From the NCBI GenBank assembly GCA_965153285.1, contig OZ229116.1: 64,000 bases of DNA; one strand, given 5' to 3'. This document shows, piece by piece, positions 51,101 to 64,000 of this stretch. The notes under the pieces were generated by a model, which was not told the DNA's origin, ran no database searches, and saw only the letters and a program-made list of their open reading frames with translations. Every line of letters starts with the position of its first letter. The first letter of the stretch is position 1. A program made the position numbers and the translations under genes. Origin of the DNA: Podarcis tiliguerta (Eukaryota).

Positions 51101-54100
51101 TTTTGTCTTTTAAAAATGCAGCGGATGTGTCTTAGCGTTTATACAAAAGACAAACTGGCAAAGTGCAGAATCCCAGCACTAGATCTACTGATTAAGGTAA
51201 AACTTACAGGTCTTTATGATTGTCAACTGTTTCCAGTAATTATGCATGCTTGTATGCCACAAAAGTGTTTTAAAAGTAAATAATATTCATAGTAAGATTC
51301 ATATCTAATTTTACAGAAGAATACATAAGAACAATATAATAAAAATGATAATGTGTTTCCTATTAAGGGGCTAACATACGTTCTACCTAGTTTATTTACC
51401 ATAGAATCAGAATAATAGAAGGGGAATCATGGTTTTGCTTTTTTGTTTTACTTATTTACTTGTTTTTATCCTGCACTTTATTCTGTGAACTGCCCTAAGA
51501 TTGTATGATGAAGGGCAGTATATAAATCTAAAAAATAAAAGATAAAATAGAATTGTAGAGTTGGAAGGGACCACAAGGGTCAACTAGTCCAACCCTCTGC
51601 AGTGCATGGATCTCAACTAAAACATTCATGACAGATTGCCACCCAACGTCTGCTTAAACACCTCCAATGAAGTAGAGTCCACCATCTTCTGAGGGAGCCT
51701 GTTGAACAGCTCTTACCGTCAGAAACCTCTTCCTGGGGTTTAGTAAAAATCTCCTTTCTTGTAACTTGAATTCATTGGTTTGGGTCCTACCCTCCAGAGT
51801 AGGAGAAAAGAAGCTTGCTCTACCTTCCAAAACTCTGAAGGACTCTTATTTAGCTAGGAAAAAAATAATGTATTTTACAATACTGTTTTGAGTGCTTTTA
51901 AAAGATTTTTTAAAGAATTGTCCTTGGTTAACATCAATATCCTTTCAGCTGCTTCACAGCTTACGGTCATCTTATGTGATGGAAGACATGAAAGTGAGAG
52001 AAATCTTTACCAAATTCTATAGTGAACTTGCTATGAAAAGTAAAGTGTCTGATACAGGTATCTTAACTATATTACTACTTACGTTTACTATTAGTAATTT
52101 TTATTTATTTGTACTTGTATTAGCAAACATACACAGCTAGGGGATGATGGGTCACTACTCTAAATTGCTAACGGATTTGAGAATAATCTAACGAAAGTTA
52201 ATTGTGACTAGGGAGAAAGTCACATTGAATGCTTGCTTCTACCTTGGATTAGCCTGCAAATCCCTTTGAGAGCAAGAAAATGGAATCTAGTAACGAGTAA
52301 CTTGACTTCAGTAGAACCTAGTCCTTATTAACTGTTGCTGGAATAACCTCATTTCCAGTTCAACAGTGGGAATGTCATTAAGTCAAGCCTTTGCTGCCCT
52401 GAGACTGCAAAAGTGAGGGGAAGGGAACTCTGCAATATGCTACCAGAGGAACAAGTGCCACTGGGAGGTTATACTGCCTTTGTCCCAGAAAGAACATCAG
52501 GGAAAGGGAATATGGCCCCAGCCATTGGGCACTAAAGACGAAGCTGTGAGGAGTTCCCTACCAGAAAGAACTCTTAACTTGCCACCAATTGCCCTGGGAC
52601 TGCAGAAGCAAGGGAAATGAAACTTTGGTTTCTGCCACTAGGTGCAGGAACTAATATTGGGTATTCTTTGTATAGTTATAGTGTGGTGTAAGTTGCCTTG
52701 GGGGTCATCTTATTGCATGATTCCTTTATCTAAGGAATATGTATAAATCCTTAAAATAAAGACTTGCATCTCTTGAATCCAGACCTAAGAACACTGCAGA
52801 CCTTAGCTATCCATGAGCCGCCTCTGAGTTTCATACTTACTTTCACTTCCCCTCAAAATACTGCTTCCCATCATCTCTGTGCCTTCACACATAAGAATTC
52901 TGTTCATCCACAGATAATTTTGGAACATTATGCTTTCCTTAATTCCCCCCCCCCCTTCTCATTCCCTCCCCACTGAGATGAAGCTTTTTATCCATTTGTA
53001 CATAACTGGAGTGTGGTGTACTTTTAAACTTATTTCTCTTTCGACTGTTACATTAGTGTGAGCTCTTGGAGCTAGATGTGAGGTAGCTTCTTTCAGAACT
53101 ATTTCCACATGTGCTAATTTCTTCCTTTGGGGCCCAACTTATCTATGATTAGGATAGCAAGAAGTAGTAACTATGCTTGTACGCTTTCACTGTTTCCCCC
53201 AATAACAAAGACCTTAAGTCTTGTAGCACATTAATCAGTAACCACCTTGTGTCTGTCTGCGGAACATTGACAGCGCAGCTGGCAGTGACAATGACTAAAT
53301 ATTAGGATAATATGGGTGAGACTGAATAAGACGTTTCGGATCTATAATAACACTTGGGTGATTTATTAAATCCTTCATTGTTTAGGAAGAGATATTTTTG
53401 TGTGTAGCTGGATTAAAAAAAATGTGAACACATAATTAGGGTGCTAAATATTCTTTTTTTTAAGTGTTGGAAAGGATTTATGAACTCCTGGGAGTTTTGG
53501 GAGAAGTCCAACCTAGTGATATGCTTGACAACTCTGAAAAACTATATCGAGCTTATTTGGGAGAACTCAGAACACAGGTAAAGTAAGGACTTCTTGTGGG
53601 ATATCAGCAAAAGCTTTTCCTTCATGTTCTGTCTTGGTGTGTGTCAGATTTTCCTCCTTTAGCTCTCTAGATCCTTAGAACCCCAGACGGCCTCTTTGCC
53701 TCACAGACTGCCTGGTGGGACCTTTACCACTATGGCTTGGAAAGTCCTTTTCATCATAGGGCCCCGTTTTTGCTTTTATTTCCAAGATGGTGGGTTTTCC
53801 TGCCTTTACCCACGTCTATAGCATAGTGTTTCCCTTCACTGGCTCATGCTGTTCTGCAATATTTCCTTGTTGGCTCACTGCTAGGAGTTAACTACCAGAA
53901 TTAATTTCTGATAGTCAGCTATGCCTTTCTAATCCAGATTGTAGAAATCACCCTACTGATTTTCCTCTTACACCTAAGTGGCCCCTCTCCCAATTCAGGA
54001 AAGCTTTCAGGGGCAAGGGAAGCAAGTCACTGCCAACAGCTCATGATAGCAGGCAAAGGACGGTCAAGAAGGGGTGGTGGTGGAGCTGTTGTGCCTTCAT

Positions 54101-57100
54101 CCCCTCGCTCAGCAATCAGGAAAGCCTTTTTACTGGGTGAAGCATGCGACTGGCAGCAGGCAACAAACAAGGAAGACGGTTGCTTCTTGCTGCACCAACA
54201 CTCAGGAAATCCTCTTTAAGGGGCAAGGCAAGCAAATCTTTTTTAGCTGCATGTGGCAGGCGGGCAATGAACAATCCAGTCCAAGGGCCTGCTACTGTTT
54301 TATTCTTTCAGCTTTTTTTCTTTTCTTTTTAAAGCCCCTACAAGGGGCAAAGGAAGCACCTGTAGTTGGTTCCACCTGGCTGAAGGTCATCAAGAAGCTA
54401 AGCTGCTCCTTCCTCTCCATGCCCCAGACCAGACTTCTGTGCCATTGTTGCGAGTCTTCTTAACATAATGTTGCTCAAGAAAAAAAAAGTGCTGGTACAG
54501 AGTTGCAGTGCATACAGAGTACCTACTCATTTTTTATTTATTTTTTTGCTGGATTGTGCCCAGTTTTTCTAAGAAACCTAGTGAGACTGTAGAATGATTA
54601 ACTGCATTCTATATATTATATGCTATACTGGAAACAAATTACAGATTTGTTTTATAATCAGAGGATATAGCTACTATGTTTAAGTTCATTTGAGAAATCG
54701 TGTCTTGCATTGCATGTTGATATCTCGGGATACCTGGTCTCCTTCCGTATTAAATACATCACTTCCTTGTTTTCAGATGACTTCTGCAACAAGAGAGCCT
54801 AAGTTCGCAGTAGTAGCTGGGTGTCTGAAAGGACTGACGGCGCTCATGAATAACTTTACTAAGTCCATGGATGAAGGTGTAGTATTTCTTTTATTAAAAT
54901 TTATAAGTAGCACAGTTCTGTCAAACTGCAGGAAATTGCCTCTCTTTCTGAATTCGCTAGACTTTTGATTTCTACACCCAGAACCAGAAGCATTGTTGGA
55001 TATACTTGTCCAGATTTTACATCAGTGTAGGCAATCAGTTATGGCTGCAAGTCCTATTACTTTGGCAAGTAATCCACTATCTCCATCTTCCCTTTTAGCC
55101 CACATTTTTGGGAACAATAAGTTTATAGGGCTAGTATAAACAGATTTTTTTTGTACATTCCTTCTCTGCTTTGCTCCATGTGGTGTTGTTGGAGCTGTTC
55201 TATAAATCTGAGGAATGCTGATACACCTAGCAGAATGTTCCCAGTGGATCAATTAGTCCAGCTCACTGTCCTGAGAACTGGTATCTGCTGCACATAAAAT
55301 AATTCTCCAGACTTTTGGCCTGTCTTTCTTGGAAATCACTAAATAAGGATATTTTATAGCCTCTGTGGTCTGGGTAGTTTTAATTGGAAATGCTACTCTT
55401 TCACCTTGAACAGGCTTTTGTCCTTTTTGTCTGTTTCAATTTGTGACATTTTCAGCAATAGGGAATAGTTTCTTTCTAAATTTGGTTTTGCAGTTGTACT
55501 CTACTCAGTTCTGATAACTTTCAGGGTCCTGAGGTATGTCTATATGGCATACTTTCTGTGCTGCTTCCCTATGTTCATTCTGTGGTGAAGAATCAATGCA
55601 TAGTTTGTTCAAAGTAGCATGTGGCATTGCTCCATCTTTCCATAGATCTAATGTCTGTATGATCTGCCATTTAGATACACAGAGGATCAGTTGAGTTTTA
55701 TTTGATAGAAGGTCGTTTTGGAGTGACACTGATACACTGTGGTTGAATCGGCTTTTGTGATGATCTGAACTTTCGTGTCATATGAGAGGTTTTGTGTCAT
55801 ATGAGAAGTTTAAAATGCTGCCACCTCATGCCCTTATTTCCTTCCCTTTTTTTTTGTATTTTCTCTACAGATCCTCAAACATCTAAAGAAATCTTTGATT
55901 TTGCAATGAAGGCAATAAGTCCACAGGTATAATGGATGTTTTTTCCCCCTTCAAAACAATCATTCTTTAAATTTGTTAATTAGATCTGACAAACAAATCT
56001 TATACAAAATATTTTGACGTTGCAGATTGACTTAAAGCGATACGCAGTTCCTCTTGGTAAGAACTTTGTTTCATGTAAAATAGTTGGCTGCAACAGTATC
56101 TCTGATAGCATATTTCTTCTCTGTTGGATAAGATGTAATGCATGTAATCTATTTTTTGTCTACAAGAAGTAAAATGTAACTTTAAGTAATAAACAAAAAA
56201 AATAATAAAGGCAAGATAATTACCAATTTCAATCCTAATTTCTTAGAGTGATTATATAAACAAATAGCTCTTGTAAAATTATTCAAGGAAGATAACACTT
56301 GCATCAGTTATCAGCTGGAACAAAAAGTCAAATTTAAATTCAAAATTTTACTTTTCAGCTGGACTGCGTTTGTTTAGTATCCATGCTGCTCAATTCAGCA
56401 CATGCCTTCTTGACAACTATATCGCACTATATGAAGTAATGTCCAAATGGTGTGGCCATCAGAATATAGAACTGAAGAAAGCTGGCCATTCAGCTTTGGA
56501 TGCATTTTTTAAACAGGTAAAATAACCACCTTGTCTCCCATGCCCGGTTTTCTCTCTCTTTGTTTTGCTTTCCCTTCCTTCTGCATGGGACTTTTCTCCC
56601 ATGCCTGGCTGTTCCCACAGTCGTTCTTCTTGATGCAAGTGCATTTGGCAGCAAGGTTTTTATTGCCATGCACATAATGTATTTATGTGGGAGTTAAAGG
56701 CTCTACGTACATATTGACATATAGATTGCTATTCTGTATTAGTATAGTGTCTGAACCAAAGGGACCACAGTCTTTTTGTTCCTTTCATTGTGACTCTAAA
56801 AGTTTTCTTTGGTATTGTATGTTGATGATATTGTCTTTATATCAGCTTGGTTTGAAGAAGCTGTTGAGTAGCATAGATATGAAGTCATGATGAATTTATT
56901 TTGTATGAGCTATCTAAATTATAAATATCCTATATTATACATAATATGCAGATCTCTGTAATGGTTGCAAAGGATGCAGAAATGCATAAGAGCAAGCTGC
57001 GCTACTTCATGGAACAGTTTTATGGTATCATCAGGAAGATGGATGCCAGCAACAAGGAATTGTCCATTGCTATTCGTGGATATGGGCTTTTTGCAGCGGT

Positions 57101-59633
57101 ATGTATTTTAGTTCCTGACATAACAGAATCATAGAATTGTAGAGTTGGAGTTGGATGACCCCCAGCGGTCATGTAGTCCAACCCACTGCAATGCAGGAAT
57201 CATTTCCTATCCCACTTCTTGGACCTGAGAGACTAAAAAACAATGGGCAGCCAGATTCTGGGTACAACCTATCCTGGTACTCTGATGTTGGAAAGGTTTA
57301 ATATTAGAGTGAATAAGACATTTATTTTATAAAGATTTTTCATGATCCTTGTGCAGAAATCTTAGCTGCATCATTTGGGATAAATGAAACCTTATAATAC
57401 GTGAGTCGCAAATTGAGTTTAATACAATGTTTAGAAAAAGTGAACTTAAATCACAGAACGTTGCAATAAGTGAGGTGCACCTCAACTGAGAAATAGCATT
57501 TCCATGATCTTTAATGTAGTGGCTTTTTGCAGATATTTAGGTTTACTGAATTAATGTTTGAATTCGCGCTTGGTGCTTATAAATTGCAGTTAGTAAATCA
57601 AAGAACTTAGACTGTAATAGTGGCTTGGACTTGATAATCTTGCCATGAATGGAAGGCAGTTCTTGTAACATGACTGAAGCTTGCTGACTTCCTTTGTGCC
57701 CTAATAATCTCAGACTGGCTCCATAGGGCCAGAGCAGTTTTTCAGAAGGTCCAGAGGCAAAGAGAAATGGATTACTCCCTCTCCAATTGGCAGACCAATT
57801 ATTTATTTTAATCTAGTGTTATTTCTCTCTCTTTCAAAGCCATGCAAAGCTATCAATTCCAAGGATGTTGACTTCATGTATGTTGAACTCCTTCAGCGCT
57901 GTAAGCAAATGTATCTCACCGAGGCAGAAACTGTAGATGACCACGTGTATCAGCTACCAAGTTTCCTTCAATCTATTGCTAGTGTCATACTGCACTTAGA
58001 TACTGTAAGTGACTAGTTTGGATCACATTTGTGATGCTTTTATTTGTATAAAGTAGAAGGCATTGCGTATGTCCTGATAGCGAACTTGTTCTTCAAGTGC
58101 TAATCCTTTGGTTCACTACGTGGTGGGGGTGGGTGGGATGGAATATTAGCAGGCTTGAGCCATCATCAGGGCTAACCCCAAGGTTTGCAGAAGCACCACA
58201 GATCTTTAGGGAGGGGGCAGAACGAAAACAGCTTCGTGAGAACTGAGCATGCTCAGTGACCACCAAATGCACCCTAACTGTTGTGGAGGGGGAAAATAGA
58301 ACATGTGTAGAGGGGAGGATGGAGAATGACTCTACTTGTACGACTATTATTTGTGATGAGGGTGGTGCAAATTTTCTCTCTCACTAAAAAACAAAACCTA
58401 CAACCCCTCCCACTTGAAAAATAATCTTGAAGATTTTTAGTGAATGTGTAGCTGCTATCTCCTAATATGCCACTGTTCTTCTTCTAGATTCCTGAAGTAT
58501 ATACTCCAGTTCTTGAACGTCTGATTGTGGTGCAAATAGATAGCTTCCCACAATACAGTGTGAAAATGCAGTTTCAGTGTTGTAAATCCATTATAAAGGT
58601 TTTTTTAGCCCTGGCAGGAAAAGGCCCTGTACTGTGGAGTTTTATGAGCACTGTTGGTGAGTTTTGTTGATTGTCTCAAAACAAGCTTTCTTCTTTATTG
58701 CAGGACTAGTTCAGGTTTCAGAAACGTGAAAAGTAAGGGTAATAGAAAATTATGCCAGTGGAGTTTCTGTCATATTCTGCTGTGTCGCAGTCAGTTTAAT
58801 GAGACTGCGCCCTTAGTCACAATGACTTTTTAGGTTATATTGCATATGTGGGCAATTCGTATGTGATTCTGCTTGAAAGTGAATTGGAAACTGAATTTGG
58901 CAAGAAACAGAATTCATTTGTTAACTTTTCTGCAGTGCCTAATACAAATGTACGCGCCTAAGTATAATTTTACTATTTTAGTTTCACTTGTAATCAAATT
59001 TACATTGATGCAAAAGGTATTTTTAAAATGTGGTAAATATCAGTTAATGCTATGGATAAAGATGTTGGCTATTTTCAGTTTAGTAGTGCTGCAGAGAGCT
59101 TGCTGGGGACACCATGCATTAAAAGGGGACTCAAAAATAACTTAAACAAGGTTTTAATAACAAAAACAAAAACTCCTTATACACTAAATACATCAACAAC
59201 AAACCAGACCCAACCACCAGCCCATCCCCCAGGGTAATGGCAGAGCTAGGTGCTGCTCCTTATATACTACACCCACTTGCTGACACAGCTTAATCAATAC
59301 AACTCAGCAGCACCTGCTATGTTTCACAACTGTAAAGCTGGGTCTCGTTATTTTGCTCTGGCCCTTGCTCTGGCCCCTTAAAGACATACACATCGGGTGG
59401 AACAATGATGAACATTTACATCTAAAGAAACCATTCAACAGCCTCATGTCCTATGTAGGACTAATATGGTGTCTTCTGCATTGGACCCAGTGCTTTTTTT
59501 TCTGGGGGTTCTCAAGGGCACACAGTACCTGCACCCTTTTTTCCTAGAAGAAATGCAGTGATTGGACCCATAACAAGAATGAATCTTACAATAGCTCAGC
59601 TGTCTTGACAGATCCTTCCTTTGGTCTGGAGGT

Positions 59634-59668
<35 letters not shown>

Positions 59669-62600
59669 ACTGTTTGTATTTCTTTTGTTTTCTTTTAAAC
59701 TTTTAAACTTTTTTTTAAAAAAACAAACCACTGCACATATTTAGGCCTCAGTGTAACCTGGTAACTAATAAAGCAACTTGGTAATGACAACAGTTGCTGA
59801 TTTGGGGTTCATTTTCACTGCCAGAAAGATTCTAGAATATTCAGACACTTTTTAGTCCACCTTTTTGATGTGTTTTCTTAAATATTGAAATACCTTCTTT
59901 TTCAGTGCATCAAGGTTTAATCAGAGTCTGTTCTAAGCCAGTTGTCTTCTCATCGGTAAGTGTTGTTGAAGTTTGGCTGAATTAGGTTTTGTTTTTGTGT
60001 ATCCTTATTACTTGTGTTCTGTACAAAAACGTTTTGTTGCCCTCTTTTTCTTCCAAGGGGGTGCATTTATTAACAAATTGCCAGCTTCATAAATTGCTAG
60101 GGTTTCCCCTCACTTGCCATAGTCCCCTCATGAAAACGTGCATCCTTTTTTACATGGTGCCCTATAGTGCTCACCCACCAGGAATGTAACCTATATATTT
60201 TCTTCAGTAACTGTTCTTTTTTTCCTCTTGATGAACACTACTTGGGTTTCCCCTTCTCAAATGCCCTTTCTTTGTTTACTGGAAGTATCAGAGGGACTGA
60301 GTGAGAGGTCAAACATTACTGTATTTTTCGCTCCATAAGACACACTTTTTCCCTCCTAAAAAGTAAGGGGAAATGTGTGTGCGTCTTATGGAGCGAATGC
60401 AGGGGAGAGGTGCGCCTTATGGTCCGGTGCGCCTTATGGAGCGAAAAATACGGTAAATCATTTGGTTAATACTATAATTGTAGAAAATTTTGGGGACTAA
60501 AGAAGTGGGTCTTGCTTGAATGTTAAGCTTTAAAATACCATATGAAGTGAAATTTCCTGCTGATCACTTGAAATACCTTGTTTTATCTTGTTTTAAGTAT
60601 CTGAATGTGTATTATTTGAAATACTATACATTCCTAAGATGGGGCACTTAACATGAGAATGCCCTTGACATGTCTTCGTACAGTGGTCCTGTGTGCTCTT
60701 CTATCACTTATGTATGCTTCTGAATTAGGCAGTGTTCATTTTTGCTATCCTAGGATAAGCTATGTAGAGATATTCAGTATTACGTTGCCTTCTAGGAATA
60801 TTCTGGAAAAAACGTTTCTAGTTCAGAAGAGCCTCCTATATCTGGAGAAGTTCGAGCTGGGAAATGGAAGGTGCCTACATACAAGGATTACTTGGATCTT
60901 TTTAGAAGTTTACTGAGCTGTGACACAATGAAGGTAAAAAAACCACTAATGCTGGATCTTTAATTAAAAAAATTATGATTTACTTAAGCTTTACTTAAAT
61001 GCTTTTCATTTCCCTTGTATGCATTTTCTCACAAAACAATACCAATTAAAAGAAAATAAAAATATTTTAAAATACAGTTATACCCTCACAGTGAATAATT
61101 TCAAGGTTGCCAGGTGCAGTCTCTTTCTGCCTGCTCATGCCTCAGTGAACAGGAATATGCTAAACTTCCTCCTAAATGTTGTCAATAAGGGAGACATGGA
61201 TACCCATTTGTGAGGTAACTGCCACCCAAAAGGACCTGTCATGGTTCGCCAACAGCTGGGCAGCTCTAATAACTCTAGCTCTAGCTCTAGTGATTGTAGG
61301 TCCTAATATGGTTTATGCTGAGAGAGGTTCTTTTTTGGGTAATGGGATCTCAAGCTGTTTAGGGATTTTATATGCTGCTACTAACATCTTGAATTGGGCC
61401 TCGTAGCTTACTGGCAGCCAGGACTGTTGATCCATGATCCATCAGACTGTCCCATTTGGCATGCTGGCTGCCACATTCTGCATTAGCTGCAGCCTCTGGA
61501 CCTCCTTCAGTGACAGCCCCATGTGCAGTGCTTTGCAGCAGTCCAAGTTATAAAACAAAACAAAAAAACAGTTAAGAGTAGAGAAGCTTGGGCATACGTA
61601 TATGTTTTTAAGAGATGTTTAAAGGCCATTGCTACTTCAAAAATTACCCGAGGGAGGATTGTTCCAGGTGGTAAGTGTTATTGTCTAGAAGGCCTGCTTC
61701 TACACTGTCATTAAGTGACAGTAAGTTGTGGAATAATCAGCAGGACTTCCTCAGAAGTTCTTAAGCATTGGCTTGGCTTGTACTGCAAATTACTTGGTCT
61801 GTAATTTCGGAATAAACTCTGACATAACTAAAAATATATTCTTCTGTTCTCCAATGTAGGACTCTCTGTTCACAGATGAAACGTTTCTAATTGCAAATTC
61901 ACCTCTACAGTCTCTAAATCGGTTGTTATATGATGAACTCATAAAGTCTATCCTAAAAGTAATTGAAAAGTTGGATCTTACAGTTCAGAAACAGAACATT
62001 AGGGAAGAGAAGGTAAGACTGGATATTTGAAAATAGTCTCTCTCACCTTCTCACCTTTTGCATTTCTGCCCATGTAACGGGTTCAGGGTGCACTTTCAAC
62101 AAATGAAAACTGATTTACTGTTACATTATTCATACATGTATCTGATTATCATGTTCAGACACAACAGTAAGCAATAATTTAGTGATGCATAAGGATAGTC
62201 CATGTGGTGCCCACCAGATGTTGTTGGGCTACAACATCTCCCATCATCTCTGACCATTTGCCATGTTTTCTAGAGATAATGGCAATTTTAGTCCAGTATC
62301 ATTTGGAGGGCACCACGTTGGCCTTCCCAGCATAAATGAGCTTTGAGCTTGTGCTTTCCCTGGTACAACCTTTAGGTGGGAATCAGATGCATCCATTTTC
62401 ATTTTCGACTAACTGAAGTTTAATTTTGTCTTGAGTTGGGACTATCATGTGGTTACTTTTAACTTGGCTTTGTCTAGACAAAGCAGAGTCAGAACATGTG
62501 TCAAAGGAGAAGCACAAGAGTTTGGAGATTGCTCACATAGCACTAAACTGGTTTAGGGTTACATCTAGATGAAGCCATAGTTTTCATTAAAGTTTTATAG

Positions 62601-64000
62601 CCCATCTTTTAAAAGCCATTAGGATGGGTAGGGCTGTAAAACCGAGTGCAATATTTATAACAGTTCTTAAGACTAAAAAGCTCATAATCTAAATTATATA
62701 CCGCATTGTAGAATCCAACAACAGGAAGGTTTAGGAAGAAAGTATACATGATCAGATGCTGAATTGAGTTACTTTATATAATTTGTAGAAGTACAAATTG
62801 CCATGAATAGCAGATATTTCAGTTTTTATTTCTCCTTTCCCGAAGGCGTTTGTGAGAATGTTATAGTGCATGGAATTCAATGTCTAGCTGTCCCGTCTAC
62901 GAATGTATTTCAACTTGCCAGGCAGAATTATCCCCCCTCCCCCTCCCACGTTGTTCCAGGAGTTCTCCCAATCTTCCCAGACCCACTTACTGTGATGATA
63001 TGTGAAGTGGGGAAGTTGCATTGTGTAAGGGGAAGTCCTTATACAGATCTAGTGTGGATGGGTCTTGTTAGGTGAATTTGGCCCATTATATTTAAGGGAG
63101 TCCTTAAAATGAACTGATACTTCATTTAAAGAACCCATCGTATTTAAAATAAACATCCACAAAATTCCCACTAGATTAAAATGCCATAAGTAGCAATAAA
63201 ATTCAACAAATAGGATACTTTTTGCAGCACTGATTTTCTATAGGATTCTAATTAATTGTAGAATAATTCATTTTTTTTCAACATGCCTTCATCGAAGAGA
63301 TTGTATATATGTTAAATTAAAGAAAAATAGAGACAAGTAGGAGAGATACATGCAAACGCTATCCAGCCTAACCTGGTTGCAAAGACTGGGTGTTGAAAAT
63401 AAAAAAGCTTTCATGTGGTTCAAATTATGCCACAGATGGCAAGCAGGTGCTCTGTAAGTGCTCTTCATGCTGTGGAAGAAAAAGCTGCTTGCCATTCAAA
63501 AACTGTGCATACTTCTGATTTTCTTTTCTCAGGATGGAAGTGTAGCTGATGTTGATCTCACCATTCCTACTTCCGATCCAGCTGCAAACCTTCAGCCAAA
63601 CAAGCCTAAAGACTTTACAGCCTTCATTAACCTAGTGGAGTTTTGCAGGTATGTTCTGTTGTGTGTATTTCAAGGAAATGCAGAACACATGTGAGACATA
63701 CAATTCAGTTACATTGTGCTGGTACAGTTTATATTATGCTGGGGCCAGTGGGCAGCCAGACTCCTGACTGGAAAGGGCATGGCCTATTCACTGTTTGCTG
63801 GCAGTGTTTGTGAATGGGTGGAATAGACATAGTGATCTCCTGCTTAGAACAGGGCACCCTGGGCCTGTAGCTTTATGGGGGGGGAGGGGGATGACTTCAA
63901 TTCATTGCTTGCTGTTCTCTTTATCTCTGCAGAGACATCCTCCCAGAGAAGCACGTTGAGTATTTTGTGCCTTGGGTTTACTCATTTGCTTATGAGCTAA
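48130..64000 (+). CDS. PRKDC: DNA-dependent protein kinase catalytic subunit, 5' part (exons 1-18, continues beyond window)
   Basis: Exons 48130-48295, 50102-50178, 50329-50421, 51122-51196, 51949-52057, 53465-53577, 54777-54876, 55871-55926, 56026-56056, 56359-56516, 56952-57098, 57840-58004, 58488-58656, 59906-59955, 60796-60933, 61860-62012, 63533-63648, 63933->64000, GT-AG and phase-consistent. Peptides [32 protein letters not shown] and [29 protein letters not shown] are typical of DNA-PKcs; head-to-head with MCM4. Confidence 0.97.
51545..51830 (-). mobile_element. CR1 LINE 3' fragment
   Basis: ATAGAATTGTAGAGTTGGAAGGGACC...TAGTCCAACCC is the reverse of a CR1 tail; similar to 21215-21480. 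A shorter tail lies at about 57125-57200. Confidence 0.75.
59635..59667. repeat. (GT)n microsatellite
   Basis: Directly visible. Confidence 0.95.
60319..60453. mobile_element. Tc1/pogo-type MITE, same family as 42856-43035
   Basis: CTGTATTTTTCGCTCCATAAG ... CTTATGGAGCGAAAAATACGG with TA flanks; internal sequence is the reverse complement of the other copy. Confidence 0.85.
62192..62331. mobile_element. About 140-bp palindromic hAT-like MITE (other copies near 5055-5188, 25941-26045, 45805-45931, 46536-46662)
   Basis: Shared fold-back consensus GTGGTGCCCTCCAGATGTTGTTGGACTACAACTCCCATC...GATGGGAGTTGTAGTCCA..CATCTGGAGGGCACCAC in five diverged copies. Confidence 0.65.

Noticed and set aside
58242-58257. 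Perfect palindrome ACTGAGCATGCTCAGT
   Set aside because: Most likely the centre of an old fold-back repeat; no further support.
59040-59400. Possible solo LTR on the minus strand (TATATAAG then ATTAAA)
   Set aside because: Could not define TG...CA ends or a TSD.

Overview
Vertebrate genomic DNA, almost certainly a squamate reptile and probably a lacertid lizard (Sauria SINE, Squam3-type SINE, Bov-B and CR1 fragments, lizard-type MITEs). It is the conserved PRKDC-MCM4-UBE2V2 locus. Left to right: (1) the first two coding exons of a ClC-6/7-branch chloride channel/transporter-like gene (minus strand, continuing off the left edge) that matches neither CLCN6 nor CLCN7 well; (2) UBE2V2 (minus, 4 exons, the last almost entirely hidden under a 128-N block of exactly the expected size); (3) a cluster of at least five tRNA-Ala(AGC) genes in two isodecoder forms, three sharing an upstream motif, ending at a 200-N gap; (4) complete MCM4 (minus, 16 coding exons, 868 aa); (5) the CpG-island bidirectional MCM4/PRKDC promoter; (6) PRKDC exons 1-18 (plus, continuing off the right edge). 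Exon boundaries were read by hand from GT/AG signals and frame continuity. Comparisons to human proteins are from memory, not from searches. The best candidates for under-described biology are the ClC-like gene and the tRNA-Ala cluster.
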